A DNA stretch of 64,000 nucleotides from an uncultured delta proteobacterium. GTDB taxonomy: Bacteria > Myxococcota_A > Polyangia > Palsa-1104. Both the position numbers and the translations under genes were made by a program. Below are positions 9,026 to 19,407 of the stretch, one piece after another. The DNA is taken from contig CAWAWS010000002.1 of the NCBI GenBank assembly GCA_963785725.1, forward strand, positions 256,001-320,000, given 5' to 3'. Positions within the stretch are counted from its first letter, which is position 1. The number at the start of each line of letters is the position of its first letter. The notes under the pieces are model-generated. The model made no database searches. It had not been told where the DNA came from and worked only from the letters and a program-made list of their open reading frames with translations.

Positions 9026-11101
9026 ATGAGACAATTGATTTTCGCCCTCGTTCTGGTGGCGGGAATGGGCGGGCTCGGCTTCACGATTCTTCGGCTCGTG
9101 AAGTTCATGTTGGTCGGCAAGCCGTGGATTCCGACCGATCGAATTCCCGAGCGGCTGGGGTCGGTAGTCATCTACTGGCTGTTCCAGCGCAAGGTCATGC
9201 AGAAGCCGATGGACAAGCCGAAACCGGGCTTCACGTCGCTGCATCACCTCGGCATCTTCTGGGGCTTCCTCGTCGTCACCGCGGGCACGACGGAGCTGTG
9301 GGTCAACGGCCTGACCGGCCTGTCGTTCGCGATGCTGCCGGACTTCATCTTCAAGCCGCTCGAATGGGCCATCGACGTCTTCAACCTCGTCGTGCTCATC
9401 GCCATCGGCTACGGCTTCTTCCGCCGCCTCGTCGTCAAGCCGCGGCTGATTCCGATGTCGCTCGACGCCGGCATCATCCTGTCGGCGATCGCCAGCCTCA
9501 TGATTACGCACTTCTTCTTCCACGGCTTCCACATGGTCGCCGCGGGCACCGTCGGCGAGGAGGGCCCGGTCTCGTCGGTCGTCGCCGGCTGGTTCGCGTC
9601 GACGCCGCCGGAGACGGCCGCGCTCGTGTCGGACGGCTTTTGGTGGGCGCACATCGTGCTCGGCCTGGCCTTCTTGAACTACGTGCCGTACTCGAAGCAC
9701 ATTCACATTCTCGGCGCCTTGCCGAACATCTTCTTCCGCAACCTCGGTCAGCGCGGCGTCATGCCGAAGCTCAACCTCGAGGACGAGACGGATTGGGGCG
9801 TCGGCAAGATCGAGCAGTTCACGCAGAAGTCGTTGATGGATCAGTACGCCTGCACCGAGTGCGCGCGCTGCTCCAACTTCTGTCCGGCGTTCAACACCGA
9901 GAAGCCGCTGTCGCCGATGCACCTGATTCACGATTTGCGCGACGAGATGCTGACGCGCGGCAACATCGTGTCGCAGATTCACGCGCTCGACGGCGCCATT
10001 CAGCAGCACGCCAATCCGTCGGAGATGGGCTATCCGCAGCAGCGCGAGGCGTTGAAGCTGCAGCTGGACGAGCTGCCGCCGCTCGTCGGCGGTCGCATCA
10101 AGGACGAGACGTTGTGGTCGTGCACGACCTGCGGCGCCTGCCAGGAAGTGTGCCCGGTCTTCATCGACCATCCGCTCAAGATTCTGCAGATGCGCACGCA
10201 CCTCGTGCTCACCGAGTCGCGCATGCCGGCCGAGCTGGCGCGCACCTTCTCGAACCTGGAGAAGAACTCGAATCCGTGGGGTATCGCGGCCGAAAAGCGC
10301 ATGGAATGGAGCGAGGGACTGGACGTTCCGACGGTCGAGACGAACCCCAATCCCGAGTATCTGCTCTTCGTCGGCTGCGCGGGCGCGTTCGATGATCGCA
10401 TCAAGAAGACGATGCGCGCGCTCGTCGAGGTCTTGCACGCGGCCAAGGTGAACTTCGCGGTGCTCGGCAAGTCCGAGCAGTGCGTCGGTGATCCGGCGCG
10501 GCGCGCGGGCAACGAGTACCTCTTTCAGACGCAGGCGGAAGCGAACGTCACGGCCATCAACGACGCCAAGATTCGCAAGGTCATCGCGTCGTGCCCGCAC
10601 TGCTTCCACACGATCAAGAACGAGTATCCGCAGCTCGGCGGCAAGTACGAGGTCATCCACCACTCGCAGCTACTCGCGCATCTCTTGGCCGAGAAGAAGC
10701 TGACCATCGAGAGTCAGGTGGCGGGCAAGATGACCTATCACGACAGCTGTTATCTCGGTCGCTGGAACGGCGAGTACGACGCGCCGCGCGCCATCGCCAC
10801 GCAGACGTCGAAGGAGTACGTCGAGATGACGCGCAGCAAGGAGCATGGCTTCTGCTGCGGCGGCGGCGGCGGACGCATGTGGATGGAAGAGAAGATCGGC
10901 ACGCGCGTGAACAACAACCGCGCCGACGAGATCATCGCCACCGGCGCCGAAGTGGCGGCCGTCGCCTGCCCGTTCTGCACCATCATGATCACCGACGGTA
11001 TGAAGGCGCGGAACATGGAAGAGAAGGTCCAGATCCTCGATGTCGCCGAGGTCATCGCGAAGTCGCTCAAGCGGAAGGCCGCCCCCGCTCCATCGACGTA
11101 A
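9026..11101 (+). CDS. fadF: Membrane-bound Fe-S oxidoreductase (FadF/HdrDE-like, CCG domains)
   Basis: N-terminal TM helices, YSKHIHI, two CxxCxxCxxxCP motifs, SCPHC, YHDSCYLGR, FCCGGGGG, ACPFC. Confidence 0.88.
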   Translation: MRQLIFALVLVAGMGGLGFTILRLVKFMLVGKPWIPTDRIPERLGSVVIYWLFQRKVMQKPMDKPKPGFTSLHHLGIFWGFLVVTAGTTELWVNGLTGLSFAMLPDFIFKPLEWAIDVFNLVVLIAIGYGFFRRLVVKPRLIPMSLDAGIILSAIASLMITHFFFHGFHMVAAGTVGEEGPVSSVVAGWFASTPPETAALVSDGFWWAHIVLGLAFLNYVPYSKHIHILGALPNIFFRNLGQRGVMPKLNLEDETDWGVGKIEQFTQKSLMDQYACTECARCSNFCPAFNTEKPLSPMHLIHDLRDEMLTRGNIVSQIHALDGAIQQHANPSEMGYPQQREALKLQLDELPPLVGGRIKDETLWSCTTCGACQEVCPVFIDHPLKILQMRTHLVLTESRMPAELARTFSNLEKNSNPWGIAAEKRMEWSEGLDVPTVETNPNPEYLLFVGCAGAFDDRIKKTMRALVEVLHAAKVNFAVLGKSEQCVGDPARRAGNEYLFQTQAEANVTAINDAKIRKVIASCPHCFHTIKNEYPQLGGKYEVIHHSQLLAHLLAEKKLTIESQVAGKMTYHDSCYLGRWNGEYDAPRAIATQTSKEYVEMTRSKEHGFCCGGGGGRMWMEEKIGTRVNNNRADEIIATGAEVAAVACPFCTIMITDGMKARNMEEKVQILDVAEVIAKSLKRKAAPAPST

Positions 11102-11131
11102 TCGGCGTAATTTGTTACAATAGCGGCGCTC

Positions 11132-13101
11132 ATGAGTGCCGATGATTCGCACCCGCAGCCGGTCATCGTGCTGCGGGTCGTGATTCGCAGCCCCGATCTC
11201 GACACCTTCGTCGCGAAGTATTCACGCTTCATCAAAGACGACCGCATCTTCATCTTCACCAAGTCGTCGCAGCCGGCGGGGACGCAGGTGCGCTTCACGC
11301 TCGAATTGAGCGACGGCAAGCCGCTCATTCACGGCGAAGGCACGGTCACACGCGTGCGGCCCGAGACCGCCGACGTGTCGAAGCCGCCCGGCATGGAGCT
11401 GAAGTTCGTGCCGCTCGATCAGCACAGCCGCGACCTCGTCGATCGCATGTTGAAGGCGCGCGACGGCACGGGGCAGTTTCGCGAGGAGCCGACCGACGCG
11501 CAGACGCAGGTGCGCTCGACGACGTCGCCGGCGCGCGAGTTCGAAGAGCGGCCGCCGACGCTGCCGACGCTGCCGCAGACGGGCGCGTTCTCGGCGCTGG
11601 CGATGGGGCCGGCGTTGGGCTTACTGCCGCGCACGGATCCGGAGATGCCGCGGCAGGACGAGTCGGGCGCGGTGACGCTGGCGCAGCCGCAGCCGACGAG
11701 CACGCCGGCGCGGCCGCCGCTGCCGTCGAGCGCGTTCGAGGCGCCGGGGACGATTCCGTCGGGCGGCTTCACGCAGCCGGTGGCGACCGGCGCCGGCACG
11801 ACCGAGCCGTTGAGCGCCGGCGGCGATCGTCATTCGGGCAGCTACTCGTCGCCGACGCCGCTGCCGGCGCCGATTCCGGCGGGCTCGGAGGAGTCGTTCG
11901 TCGGGCCCAGCGACGGATCGCGGCCGAATCGGACGGAGCTCGGCGCGCGCGTGCCGACGCCACCGCGGGCGCAGCCGATCGCCGACGAGCCGCGCGCGTT
12001 CGCGGCGCACGGGCCGGCGCCGCCGTTCGCGGAGTCGTTTCGCACGCCGCTGCCGGGCCAGCCGCCGGCGGCGACACCGACGGGAACGGTGCCGGCCAAT
12101 CCGTTCAGCGACGTGTCGGACGGCGCCATCGAATACTTCGTCGAGTGGTCGCTCGAGCAGTCGCGCGACGCCAAGCCCAAAGGCGCGAAAGCGAGCTTCT
12201 CGAACGTCAAGATGGTGACGCCGCAGGCCGAGCGCAGTCGGACGAGGCGCGAGCCGTTCTTGTGGGGCCTCTTGTTCGGGCTGCTCTTCGGGGTGCCGCT
12301 CGGCGCGGGCGGGATTTGGTACGTGTACGTGCGCGGGGCGGAGTTGCTGACGGCCGAGCACGCGCCGCCGGCGCCGACCCGACCGCTGGTCGTGCCCGAT
12401 CTGGGAACCGCGAGCGCAACGGCCGCGACTGCGACGACCGCGGCGCCGGAAGCGACGACCGCGCCGAAAGACGCGGCGGCAGCGCCTGTGGCGACGGCGG
12501 CGCTGCCGACGAAGCCGCCGCCGGCCGAGCCGGCGAAGCGACGGTCGCGCCGGCCAAGCCGACGGCCGCGCCGGCCAAGCCGACGGCGAGCGAGCCGGCG
12601 AAACCGGCCGTCGTCGACTGGGCCAAGGCGCCGATCGCTCCGGCCAAGCCGCCAACGGACGCGGACGGCAAGCCGCTGAAAGTGGCGAAGGCGGAGCTGC
12701 AGGTGACGTCGAAGCCGCCGGGCGCCGCGGTCACCATCGACGGGCAGGACAAAGGCAAGACGCCGCTGACGCTGATGGTGCCGGCCGGTGCGCACGAGGT
12801 CGCCGTCGCCAAGGAGCGCTACGCGACGGTGACGCAGTCGGTGACGACGCCGGGCAAGCTCGACGTCGCGCTCAAACGGCCGACGGCGACGCTGCATGTC
12901 GACTCCGATCCGGCGGGCGGCGACGTCGTCGTCGAGGGCAAGCCGCGCGGCAAGACGCCGGTCGACGTGACGCTGGAGGCGTTCCACCACTACGACGTCT
13001 CGGTGACGCTGCTCGGGACCAAGCCGTGGCATAAGCGCGTGAGCCTGAAGCCTCCACAAGTTGACGTAACCGCTAAGCTTTTGGTGGTGCACGGCGAATA
13101 G
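11132..13101 (+). CDS. TIGR02266-type PilZ-like domain + Pro-rich linker + TM + PEGA repeats (frameshift near 12540)
   Basis: IFIFTKSSQPAGTQVRFTLEL...PGMELKF; TM WGLLFGLLFGVPLGAGG; second frame carries VTSKPPGAAVTIDG..GKTP PEGA motifs. Confidence 0.78.
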
Positions 13102-13141
13102 ATCGGTTGCCGTTGATTGGTCCGACCACTTGTCCTAAGAT

Positions 13142-15154
13142 ATGAATATGCGGCAGGTGGCGGCAGACGCGGCGGTGGCGAGCGGACGCCTCGCGGGATC
13201 AGGCCCGCGCGCGAATTCGTCGTCGGGACCAGCGCGTGACGGTCTCGGCGAGCGGGAGCGCGCGTCGCTGTTGGCCGTGGCGCGGGCGGCGATGCCGGCG
13301 GGCACGCTGTTCAGCGGCGCCGGGCCGGCGACGGTGGCCAAGCTGGAGCAGTTCCTCGCGCTCTCGCCGCCGTCGGTGACGAAGGCTTACCGCGGCATGC
13401 TGTTGGCGATCGAGGGCGCGGCCTGGCTGCATCATCGCAAACCGCTGGCACAGCTGGCGGAGGCGGACGTGCTGGCGCTGCTCGAGCGGTGGCGTGGCGG
13501 CGACATCGCGCGGCGCACGGTCATTCGCATGCTGACGGCGCCGCTGAAGATCGCGCATTACAACGATCCGCGCATGTATCGCGACGTCGGCTGTCGCTTC
13601 GGCACGCTGCCGGTGGCGCGCGAAGCGCCGCCGCGCTGGATGCAAGAGCGCGTGCATGCGGCGGCGCAGCTCGACGACGACGAGACGATCGACTGCGACG
13701 TCGTCGTCATCGGCACCGGCGCCGGCGGCGCGGTCGTCGCCAAGGAGCTGGCCGAGCGCGGCCACGCCGTCGTGCTCATCGAAGAGGGCGACTACCACAC
13801 GCGCGCCGACTTCAGCGGCCACGCCGTCGACATGCAGCGCAAGCTCTACCGCGACATGGGCGCGACGATCTCCGTCGGCAACGCGGTCATCCCCATTCCG
13901 CTCGGCCGCGCGGTCGGTGGCACGACGGCCATCAACTCCGGCACCTGCTATCGCACGCCGGCGCGCGTGCTCGAGCATTGGGCGCGCGACTTCGGCCTCG
14001 ACGAGCTCGGCGGCGGCCAGATGGACGCCTATTTCGCGCGCGTCGAAGCCGTGCTCGGTGTCGCCAAAGCGGACGCGCGCCACTTGGGCGGCGTCGCGCG
14101 CGTCGTCGCCCGCGGCTGCGACGTGCTCGGCTACGCGCATTCGCCGCTCGCGCGCAACGCGCCCGAGTGCGACGGCCAAGGCGTCTGCTGTCTCGGCTGT
14201 CCGACCGACGCCAAGCGCTCGACCAACGTCAGCTACGTGCCGCTCGCGCTCAAGGCCGGCGCCGAGCTGTTCACCGGATTCCGCGCCGAGCGCGTCCTCG
14301 TCGAGCGCGGCCGCGCCGCCGGCGTCGTCGCGCGCAACCGCAACAGCGACGGCGAATTACGCACGCTGACGGTGCGCGCGCCCCACGTCGTCGTCGCCTG
14401 CGGCTCGCTCTTGACGCCGCTGTTGCTCGAGGCCTCGGGAATCGGCGCGACGTCGGGACAGCTCGGCCGCAACCTGTCGATTCACCCGGCGCTCGCGGTC
14501 ATGGCTGACTTCGAAGAGCGCATCGACGGCGGCAACGCCATCCCGCAAGGCTACGCCATCGAGCACTTTCACGATGAAGGCATCCTCTTCGAAGGCGCCT
14601 TTGCCGCGCTCGACGTCGCCGCGGCCACGTTCACGATGATCGGCCCGCGCCTCGTGCAGCTGCTCGAACGCTACGATCACATCGCCTGCTTCGGCATCAT
14701 GATCGAAGATCGCTCGCGCGGTCGCGTGCGCCGCGGCCCGGGCGGTCGACCGCTCATCACCTACAACGTCGGCGATCACGACGTCGCGCGCTTGAAACGT
14801 GCCGTCGACATCCTGAGCCGCGTCTACTTTGCCGCCGGCGCGCGCAGCGTGTTCCCGATGATCCACGGCTTCGACGAGCTGCGCAGCCCCGACGACTTGC
14901 GCGACTTGCAACAGGCGAAGCTGAAGGCGCGCGACTTCGAGATCACGGCCTATCACCCGCTCGGGACGGCGCGCATGGGACGCGACCCGCGCGCCAGCGT
15001 CGTCGGCGCCGATCACGAGACGCACGACACGCCCGGCGTCTACGTGGCCGACGGCAGCGTCGTGCCCTCGTCGCCGTCGGTCAATCCGCAGGTGACGATC
15101 ATGGCGCTGGCGACGCGCGCCGCCGACCAATTGGCCGCCAAGCTCGAACGCTGA
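13142..15154 (+). CDS. GMC oxidoreductase with fused N-terminal helical domain
   Basis: DVVVIGTGAGG, GRAVGGTTAINSG, CxGxGxCxxGC, YHPLGTARMG, VADGS...VNPQVTI. Confidence 0.92.
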   Translation: MNMRQVAADAAVASGRLAGSGPRANSSSGPARDGLGERERASLLAVARAAMPAGTLFSGAGPATVAKLEQFLALSPPSVTKAYRGMLLAIEGAAWLHHRKPLAQLAEADVLALLERWRGGDIARRTVIRMLTAPLKIAHYNDPRMYRDVGCRFGTLPVAREAPPRWMQERVHAAAQLDDDETIDCDVVVIGTGAGGAVVAKELAERGHAVVLIEEGDYHTRADFSGHAVDMQRKLYRDMGATISVGNAVIPIPLGRAVGGTTAINSGTCYRTPARVLEHWARDFGLDELGGGQMDAYFARVEAVLGVAKADARHLGGVARVVARGCDVLGYAHSPLARNAPECDGQGVCCLGCPTDAKRSTNVSYVPLALKAGAELFTGFRAERVLVERGRAAGVVARNRNSDGELRTLTVRAPHVVVACGSLLTPLLLEASGIGATSGQLGRNLSIHPALAVMADFEERIDGGNAIPQGYAIEHFHDEGILFEGAFAALDVAAATFTMIGPRLVQLLERYDHIACFGIMIEDRSRGRVRRGPGGRPLITYNVGDHDVARLKRAVDILSRVYFAAGARSVFPMIHGFDELRSPDDLRDLQQAKLKARDFEITAYHPLGTARMGRDPRASVVGADHETHDTPGVYVADGSVVPSSPSVNPQVTIMALATRAADQLAAKLER

Positions 15155-15281
15155 ACGCGCATGGCTCGTCTCCGCGCCGGTCGTGAAGCTCGCCCGGCAC
15201 CATGGAAACCACCCGATTAGCGCTCGAGCGCTTCACATGGCGCGCACACCCGCGAATCAGCGTCGGTGCGCCCGCCTTCGG

Positions 15282-16727
15282 TCATGTCCTCTGCGTATTG
15301 GCTCGAACCGCGGACAATAACGCTGCCAGCACGTTGGCTTCATTCTGCTCCGGCGTCAGAGACGATACGGTTCCATATTCGGCGCTCAAATAGCCTTCAT
15401 AGGTCGTATCGCTCAGCGCCGCGAGAAAGCGTTCCAGCTGCTTCAACGATGGGTGAAAGCCCTCCTTGAAGATGCGCGTCATGGCGCGCCGGCAGTCGTC
15501 TGCGCGGTGGATCGGAAATACGCCCTCGGCAAACTGGTAGAAGTTGTGCCCGAACAGCAGCACCGGCTTCTCGCGGAACAGCGCCTCCCAACCGGCGGTG
15601 CCCGTCGCGGTCGCCACGGCGACGCTCTTCTGCATCAGCTCGTAGGTGTCGAAGCGCTTGGGCACCAGCGTGGTCCGCGGCAGCGCGCGCAGCTCGTCGT
15701 AATATTCGGGATAGCGCCCGAGCTGCTTCTTCTGCATCGGATGCTCTTTGATGTAGAGGTGCACGTCCTCGGGCATGGTGGCGGCGATCAGCTGCGCGAT
15801 CAGCCCCTGGTCGACGAACGCGCCCGCCAGCGGCGACGTGGTCATCTCCGGCTGATAATGCAGCGCCAGATAGATGAACTTGCGGCTCACGTCCGGCGGC
15901 GACGACAGCGCTTCGTAGCGCGCCAGCATCTCCTGATCGGCGCGCGCCCGCTGCCGCGTCTCCAAAGCGCGCGTGGAGTACTCTTTCCAGAAGCCGGGGT
16001 TGAGCAACTTGCTGCGCACCAGCGACGGATCTTTGCCCAACACCCGCGCCACCCGCGTCACCCGGCTGGTGATGGACGGCCCCACCGGACGCGGCTGCGC
16101 GTTCATGTAGAACGGCGTCGGCTTGGCGCTGCTGGTCTGGCGCTCGTAGTCGCGACGAAAGCGCCCGCTCAGCTCCACCTCGGCGCCCTGCAGCGCGGCG
16201 TAGCGCTGCGCAATCGCGGGCGACGAGCGCTCCCAGTCGGTGAGCATCAAGAAGGTGTCGCTCACCTGCGTCTGGAATCCGAAGATCGCCGGAATCCCGT
16301 GCAGCTTGCAGAGCGAATAGACGACAAAATCGAACGTCTCGTGGGGAACGTTCAACCCCAGATAGAAGTCGATTTTCTCTTCGAGAATGACGTGATTCCA
16401 ATAACGGACGTGCTTCAAATACACGTTCTTGCGCTGCTGATACGACTGTGGAAACGCCTGCTCCAGCCGATCGCACATCTTGAGGAAGACGACCTCGGCG
16501 CCGGCCAGCCGCTCGAGCAGCTCCTCGTCGATTGGGCGCAATCGGCTCCAATCGACGTGATAATCGCCCCAGTTCAAATCCCACCAGAAATGGGACACGG
16601 AGTTGGAGATATTCGAGCGGAGATCGAAATGAGTGAGCTGGCAATATTCGATCCCCAGCTCCGCTACGAGCTTTTCCAGTATTGGCTGCTGCCAGGGGTC
16701 CTGAAATCCGTGGAGGATGGCGCGCAT
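15282..16727 (-). CDS. Capsular polysaccharide biosynthesis/modification protein (KpsS/Capsule_synth-like)
   Basis: YLALHYQPEMTT, LYIKEHP, TATGTAGWEA...KPVLLFG; TGATG coupling to upstream ABC gene. Confidence 0.82.
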   Translation of the reverse strand: MRAILHGFQDPWQQPILEKLVAELGIEYCQLTHFDLRSNISNSVSHFWWDLNWGDYHVDWSRLRPIDEELLERLAGAEVVFLKMCDRLEQAFPQSYQQRKNVYLKHVRYWNHVILEEKIDFYLGLNVPHETFDFVVYSLCKLHGIPAIFGFQTQVSDTFLMLTDWERSSPAIAQRYAALQGAEVELSGRFRRDYERQTSSAKPTPFYMNAQPRPVGPSITSRVTRVARVLGKDPSLVRSKLLNPGFWKEYSTRALETRQRARADQEMLARYEALSSPPDVSRKFIYLALHYQPEMTTSPLAGAFVDQGLIAQLIAATMPEDVHLYIKEHPMQKKQLGRYPEYYDELRALPRTTLVPKRFDTYELMQKSVAVATATGTAGWEALFREKPVLLFGHNFYQFAEGVFPIHRADDCRRAMTRIFKEGFHPSLKQLERFLAALSDTTYEGYLSAEYGTVSSLTPEQNEANVLAALLSAVRANTQRT

Positions 16728-18526
16728 CAACCGACCGCCTGCACTTCCTGCGTGAGCTTCTGCAGCTCGATCATTTTGTGAAAACGCGAGCCGCTGCGCG
16801 ACACCAGCTCGTCGTAGGAGCCCTTTTCCACGATGCGCCCCTCGTGCAGCACGCAGATCAGGTCGCAGTTGCGGATGGTGGAGAGCCGGTGGGCGATGAT
16901 GAGGATGGTCATCTGCCCGCGCAAACCGTCGATGCTCTGCTGGATGGCGCGCTCCGACTCGGAGTCGAGGGCGCTGGTCGCCTCGTCGAGCACCAGGATA
17001 TCGGGGCGCTTGAACAGCTCGCGCGCGATCGCCAGGCGCTGCCGCTGCCCGCCCGACAGGCGCACGCCGCGGTCGCCGACCGGCGATTCGAACCCTTGCG
17101 GCGTGGACTCGATGAACTCCAGACACTTGGCGCGCTTGGCGGCGTCGCGGATGGCGCTCATGTCGCTGGAGGTCCACAACGCGATGTTGTTGGCCACGGT
17201 GTCGTCGAAGAGCATCGCGTCCTGCGGAACGTAACCGATGTGCGGCCGCATGGATTCGAGGTCGAGGTCGGCCAGCGAAGTGCCGTCGATGGCGATGCTC
17301 CCAGTCACCGGCTTGAGCGTCCCCATGATCAGGTCGACCAGCGTCGATTTTCCCGATCCCGATTCACCGACGAACGCGACGGTGGCGTTGCGAGCGATCG
17401 TCAGGTCGACGTCGCGTAGGACCGCGCGCTCGGGCACATAGTCGAAGCCGAGCTTCTCCAGACGAATCTCCTTATCCAGCTGCGCATAGGGCTTCTTTCC
17501 GTTGGGCTCCACCTGACGCTCGAAATCGTCGAATGACGACTGCACCAGATCGATCGGACCGACATATCCGAGGAAGGACTGCCAGCCATATTGCAGCGTC
17601 CACAACTCATTCATGATGCGGAAGAAATAGAGCAACAGAACGAACAGCGCGCCCAGCGGCTGATGCTGAATCCCCGCGCGGTAATACAAGACCGCCGCCA
17701 AAAACATCACCATCAACGGCTGTGACACCGACTGAGAAAACGCGTTGGCCGCCGAGTTTCGATATTCGGCGTCGGCCAGTCGTTGCGCCGCTCCGTCGAT
17801 GCGCGCCTCGAAGGGGGCGAATCCTGCCGTCGCGCGCAGGTATTTGAAGGCCTGCACCATCTGAATCAACAGGCTGGTGAGGACAGCGTTCTCCTTCACC
17901 GTCACCCGCGAGGCGTGCACCGAGAATCGCCCGCTGAAACGAATCATTCCGACGGTGATCAGACCCATGAAACCGCAAATGATGGTCAGCCGCCAGTCGA
18001 GCCACAGCACCATGCCGAAAAATACGATGACGTTCAGCGCCGGCGGAAAGGTGCGAATGAAGAACAAGAACCCCGAAGCGACCTTGCTGACCTCGTTGAC
18101 CAGAAGGTTCGAGTAGAAGCCGGCGTTGTTGGCGACAATCATCCGATAGTCGAGGCGCCTGAGGCCCTTGATGACCCGCCGCCGCAGCTTCAGCGGGATG
18201 TGCGCCGTGAGGTGTCCCTGATACGAGAGCGTCACCATGGTCAGGATTCCCTTGACCAGAAAGGCGGCGACGATGAACGGCAACGCGCCCAGCGGAGTCA
18301 GCGGAATATGCAGAAAATGAAACACCTTGCTCAGCGACGCCGAGAGCGCGTCCGGCTCGCCTTCGCCGCGCAGCAGCGGAAAAAATAGGGCGATGCCGAT
18401 GCCTTCGGCGTAGCTCATCAGCACGTTCAGCGCCGTGAGCACGTACATATGACCGCCGACCAGCTGGCGAAACGTGCGGAAATATCGCGTGAAGAGCCGC
18501 GGAATCTCGAAGACGACGGAGAGCAT
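16727..18526 (-). CDS. ABC transporter, fused TMD-NBD (MsbA/PglK-like)
   Basis: Walker A GESGSGKS, LSGGQRQR, DEATSALD, IAHRLST; N-terminal TM helices. Confidence 0.95.
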   Translation of the reverse strand: MLSVVFEIPRLFTRYFRTFRQLVGGHMYVLTALNVLMSYAEGIGIALFFPLLRGEGEPDALSASLSKVFHFLHIPLTPLGALPFIVAAFLVKGILTMVTLSYQGHLTAHIPLKLRRRVIKGLRRLDYRMIVANNAGFYSNLLVNEVSKVASGFLFFIRTFPPALNVIVFFGMVLWLDWRLTIICGFMGLITVGMIRFSGRFSVHASRVTVKENAVLTSLLIQMVQAFKYLRATAGFAPFEARIDGAAQRLADAEYRNSAANAFSQSVSQPLMVMFLAAVLYYRAGIQHQPLGALFVLLLYFFRIMNELWTLQYGWQSFLGYVGPIDLVQSSFDDFERQVEPNGKKPYAQLDKEIRLEKLGFDYVPERAVLRDVDLTIARNATVAFVGESGSGKSTLVDLIMGTLKPVTGSIAIDGTSLADLDLESMRPHIGYVPQDAMLFDDTVANNIALWTSSDMSAIRDAAKRAKCLEFIESTPQGFESPVGDRGVRLSGGQRQRLAIARELFKRPDILVLDEATSALDSESERAIQQSIDGLRGQMTILIIAHRLSTIRNCDLICVLHEGRIVEKGSYDELVSRSGSRFHKMIELQKLTQEVQAVG

Positions 18527-18604
18527 CAGCGGCCCAACGTCGTCAGCGGGCGCCCGGGCACGTAGCAGTAATCCAGCGCCCTCGGCGAAGGCATGCGGTT
18601 CCAT

Positions 18605-18748
18605 ACCATCCGCCTATTGGTCAGGCAAGCCGTCGACAACGAGCTCCTGGTGGTCGACGACGCCTCCAGCGACGGGACGCAGGCGGTGTTGGCGGAGATG
18701 GCGAGCGCGAGCGTTCGTCGCTACGCGGTGCCCGTGACGCGTGGTTGA
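18605..18748 (+). pseudogene. Fragment of a GT2 glycosyltransferase N-terminus
   Basis: Manual translation TIRLLVRQAVDNELLVVDDASSDGTQAVLAEMASASVRRY matches the ELIVVDDGSTDGT motif; no start, early stop. Confidence 0.65.
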
Positions 18749-18832
18749 AAGCGTGCGCAATCCACCGCATCGAGCGGTAGGCTCGAGCGCTGAACGCATA
18801 CGGTCGGGAGGATTTACGGCGAGCCGGAACGG

Positions 18833-19333
18833 TTACTCGTGATCGTGGTCGTGGTCGTGCTCGTCACCGTCGTGCGTGTGGCCGTGCTCGATCTCCTCGG
18901 CCGTCGCGTCCCGCACTTCGCGCACGTCGACGTGGAAGAACAGCGTCTCGCCGGCCAGCGGATGGTTGGCGTCGACGACGACCGCGTCCTCCTTCAGCTC
19001 GACGACGCGCACCGGCAGCGCCTGGCCCTCGTCATCTTCGCCGATGAAGGAGTCGCCGACCGAGAGCTTGGCGTCCTCGGGGAAGGCCGAGCGCGGGACG
19101 CTGAAAACGCCTTCGGGATCGGGCACGCCGTAGCCCTCTTCGGGCGTGACGACGACGTCCTTGCCCTGGCCGGCTTCCATGCCCTCGAGCTCTTTTTCCA
19201 GACCAGGGACGATCTGGCTGAAGCCATGCAAATAGGTGAGCGGCTCGGCGCCGTCGGACGTGTCGAGCACGTCGCCTCCCTTGTTGCGCAGCGTGTAGTC
19301 GAGTCGTACCACTTTGTTTTCCGCGATCCGCAT
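18833..19333 (-). CDS. slyD: FKBP-type peptidyl-prolyl isomerase with His-rich tail
   Basis: VVRLDYTL, YLHG..QIVPGLE, PEEGYG, DANHPLAG, HGHTHDGDEHDHDHDHE. Confidence 0.95.
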   Translation of the reverse strand: MRIAENKVVRLDYTLRNKGGDVLDTSDGAEPLTYLHGFSQIVPGLEKELEGMEAGQGKDVVVTPEEGYGVPDPEGVFSVPRSAFPEDAKLSVGDSFIGEDDEGQALPVRVVELKEDAVVVDANHPLAGETLFFHVDVREVRDATAEEIEHGHTHDGDEHDHDHDHE

Positions 19334-19407
19334 GATGGCCCACATCATCGGCGCGCGGCCGGGCGCGGTCAAGCCGCCGAATGCGGGAATCGTGATAGGT
19401 TCCGCTC

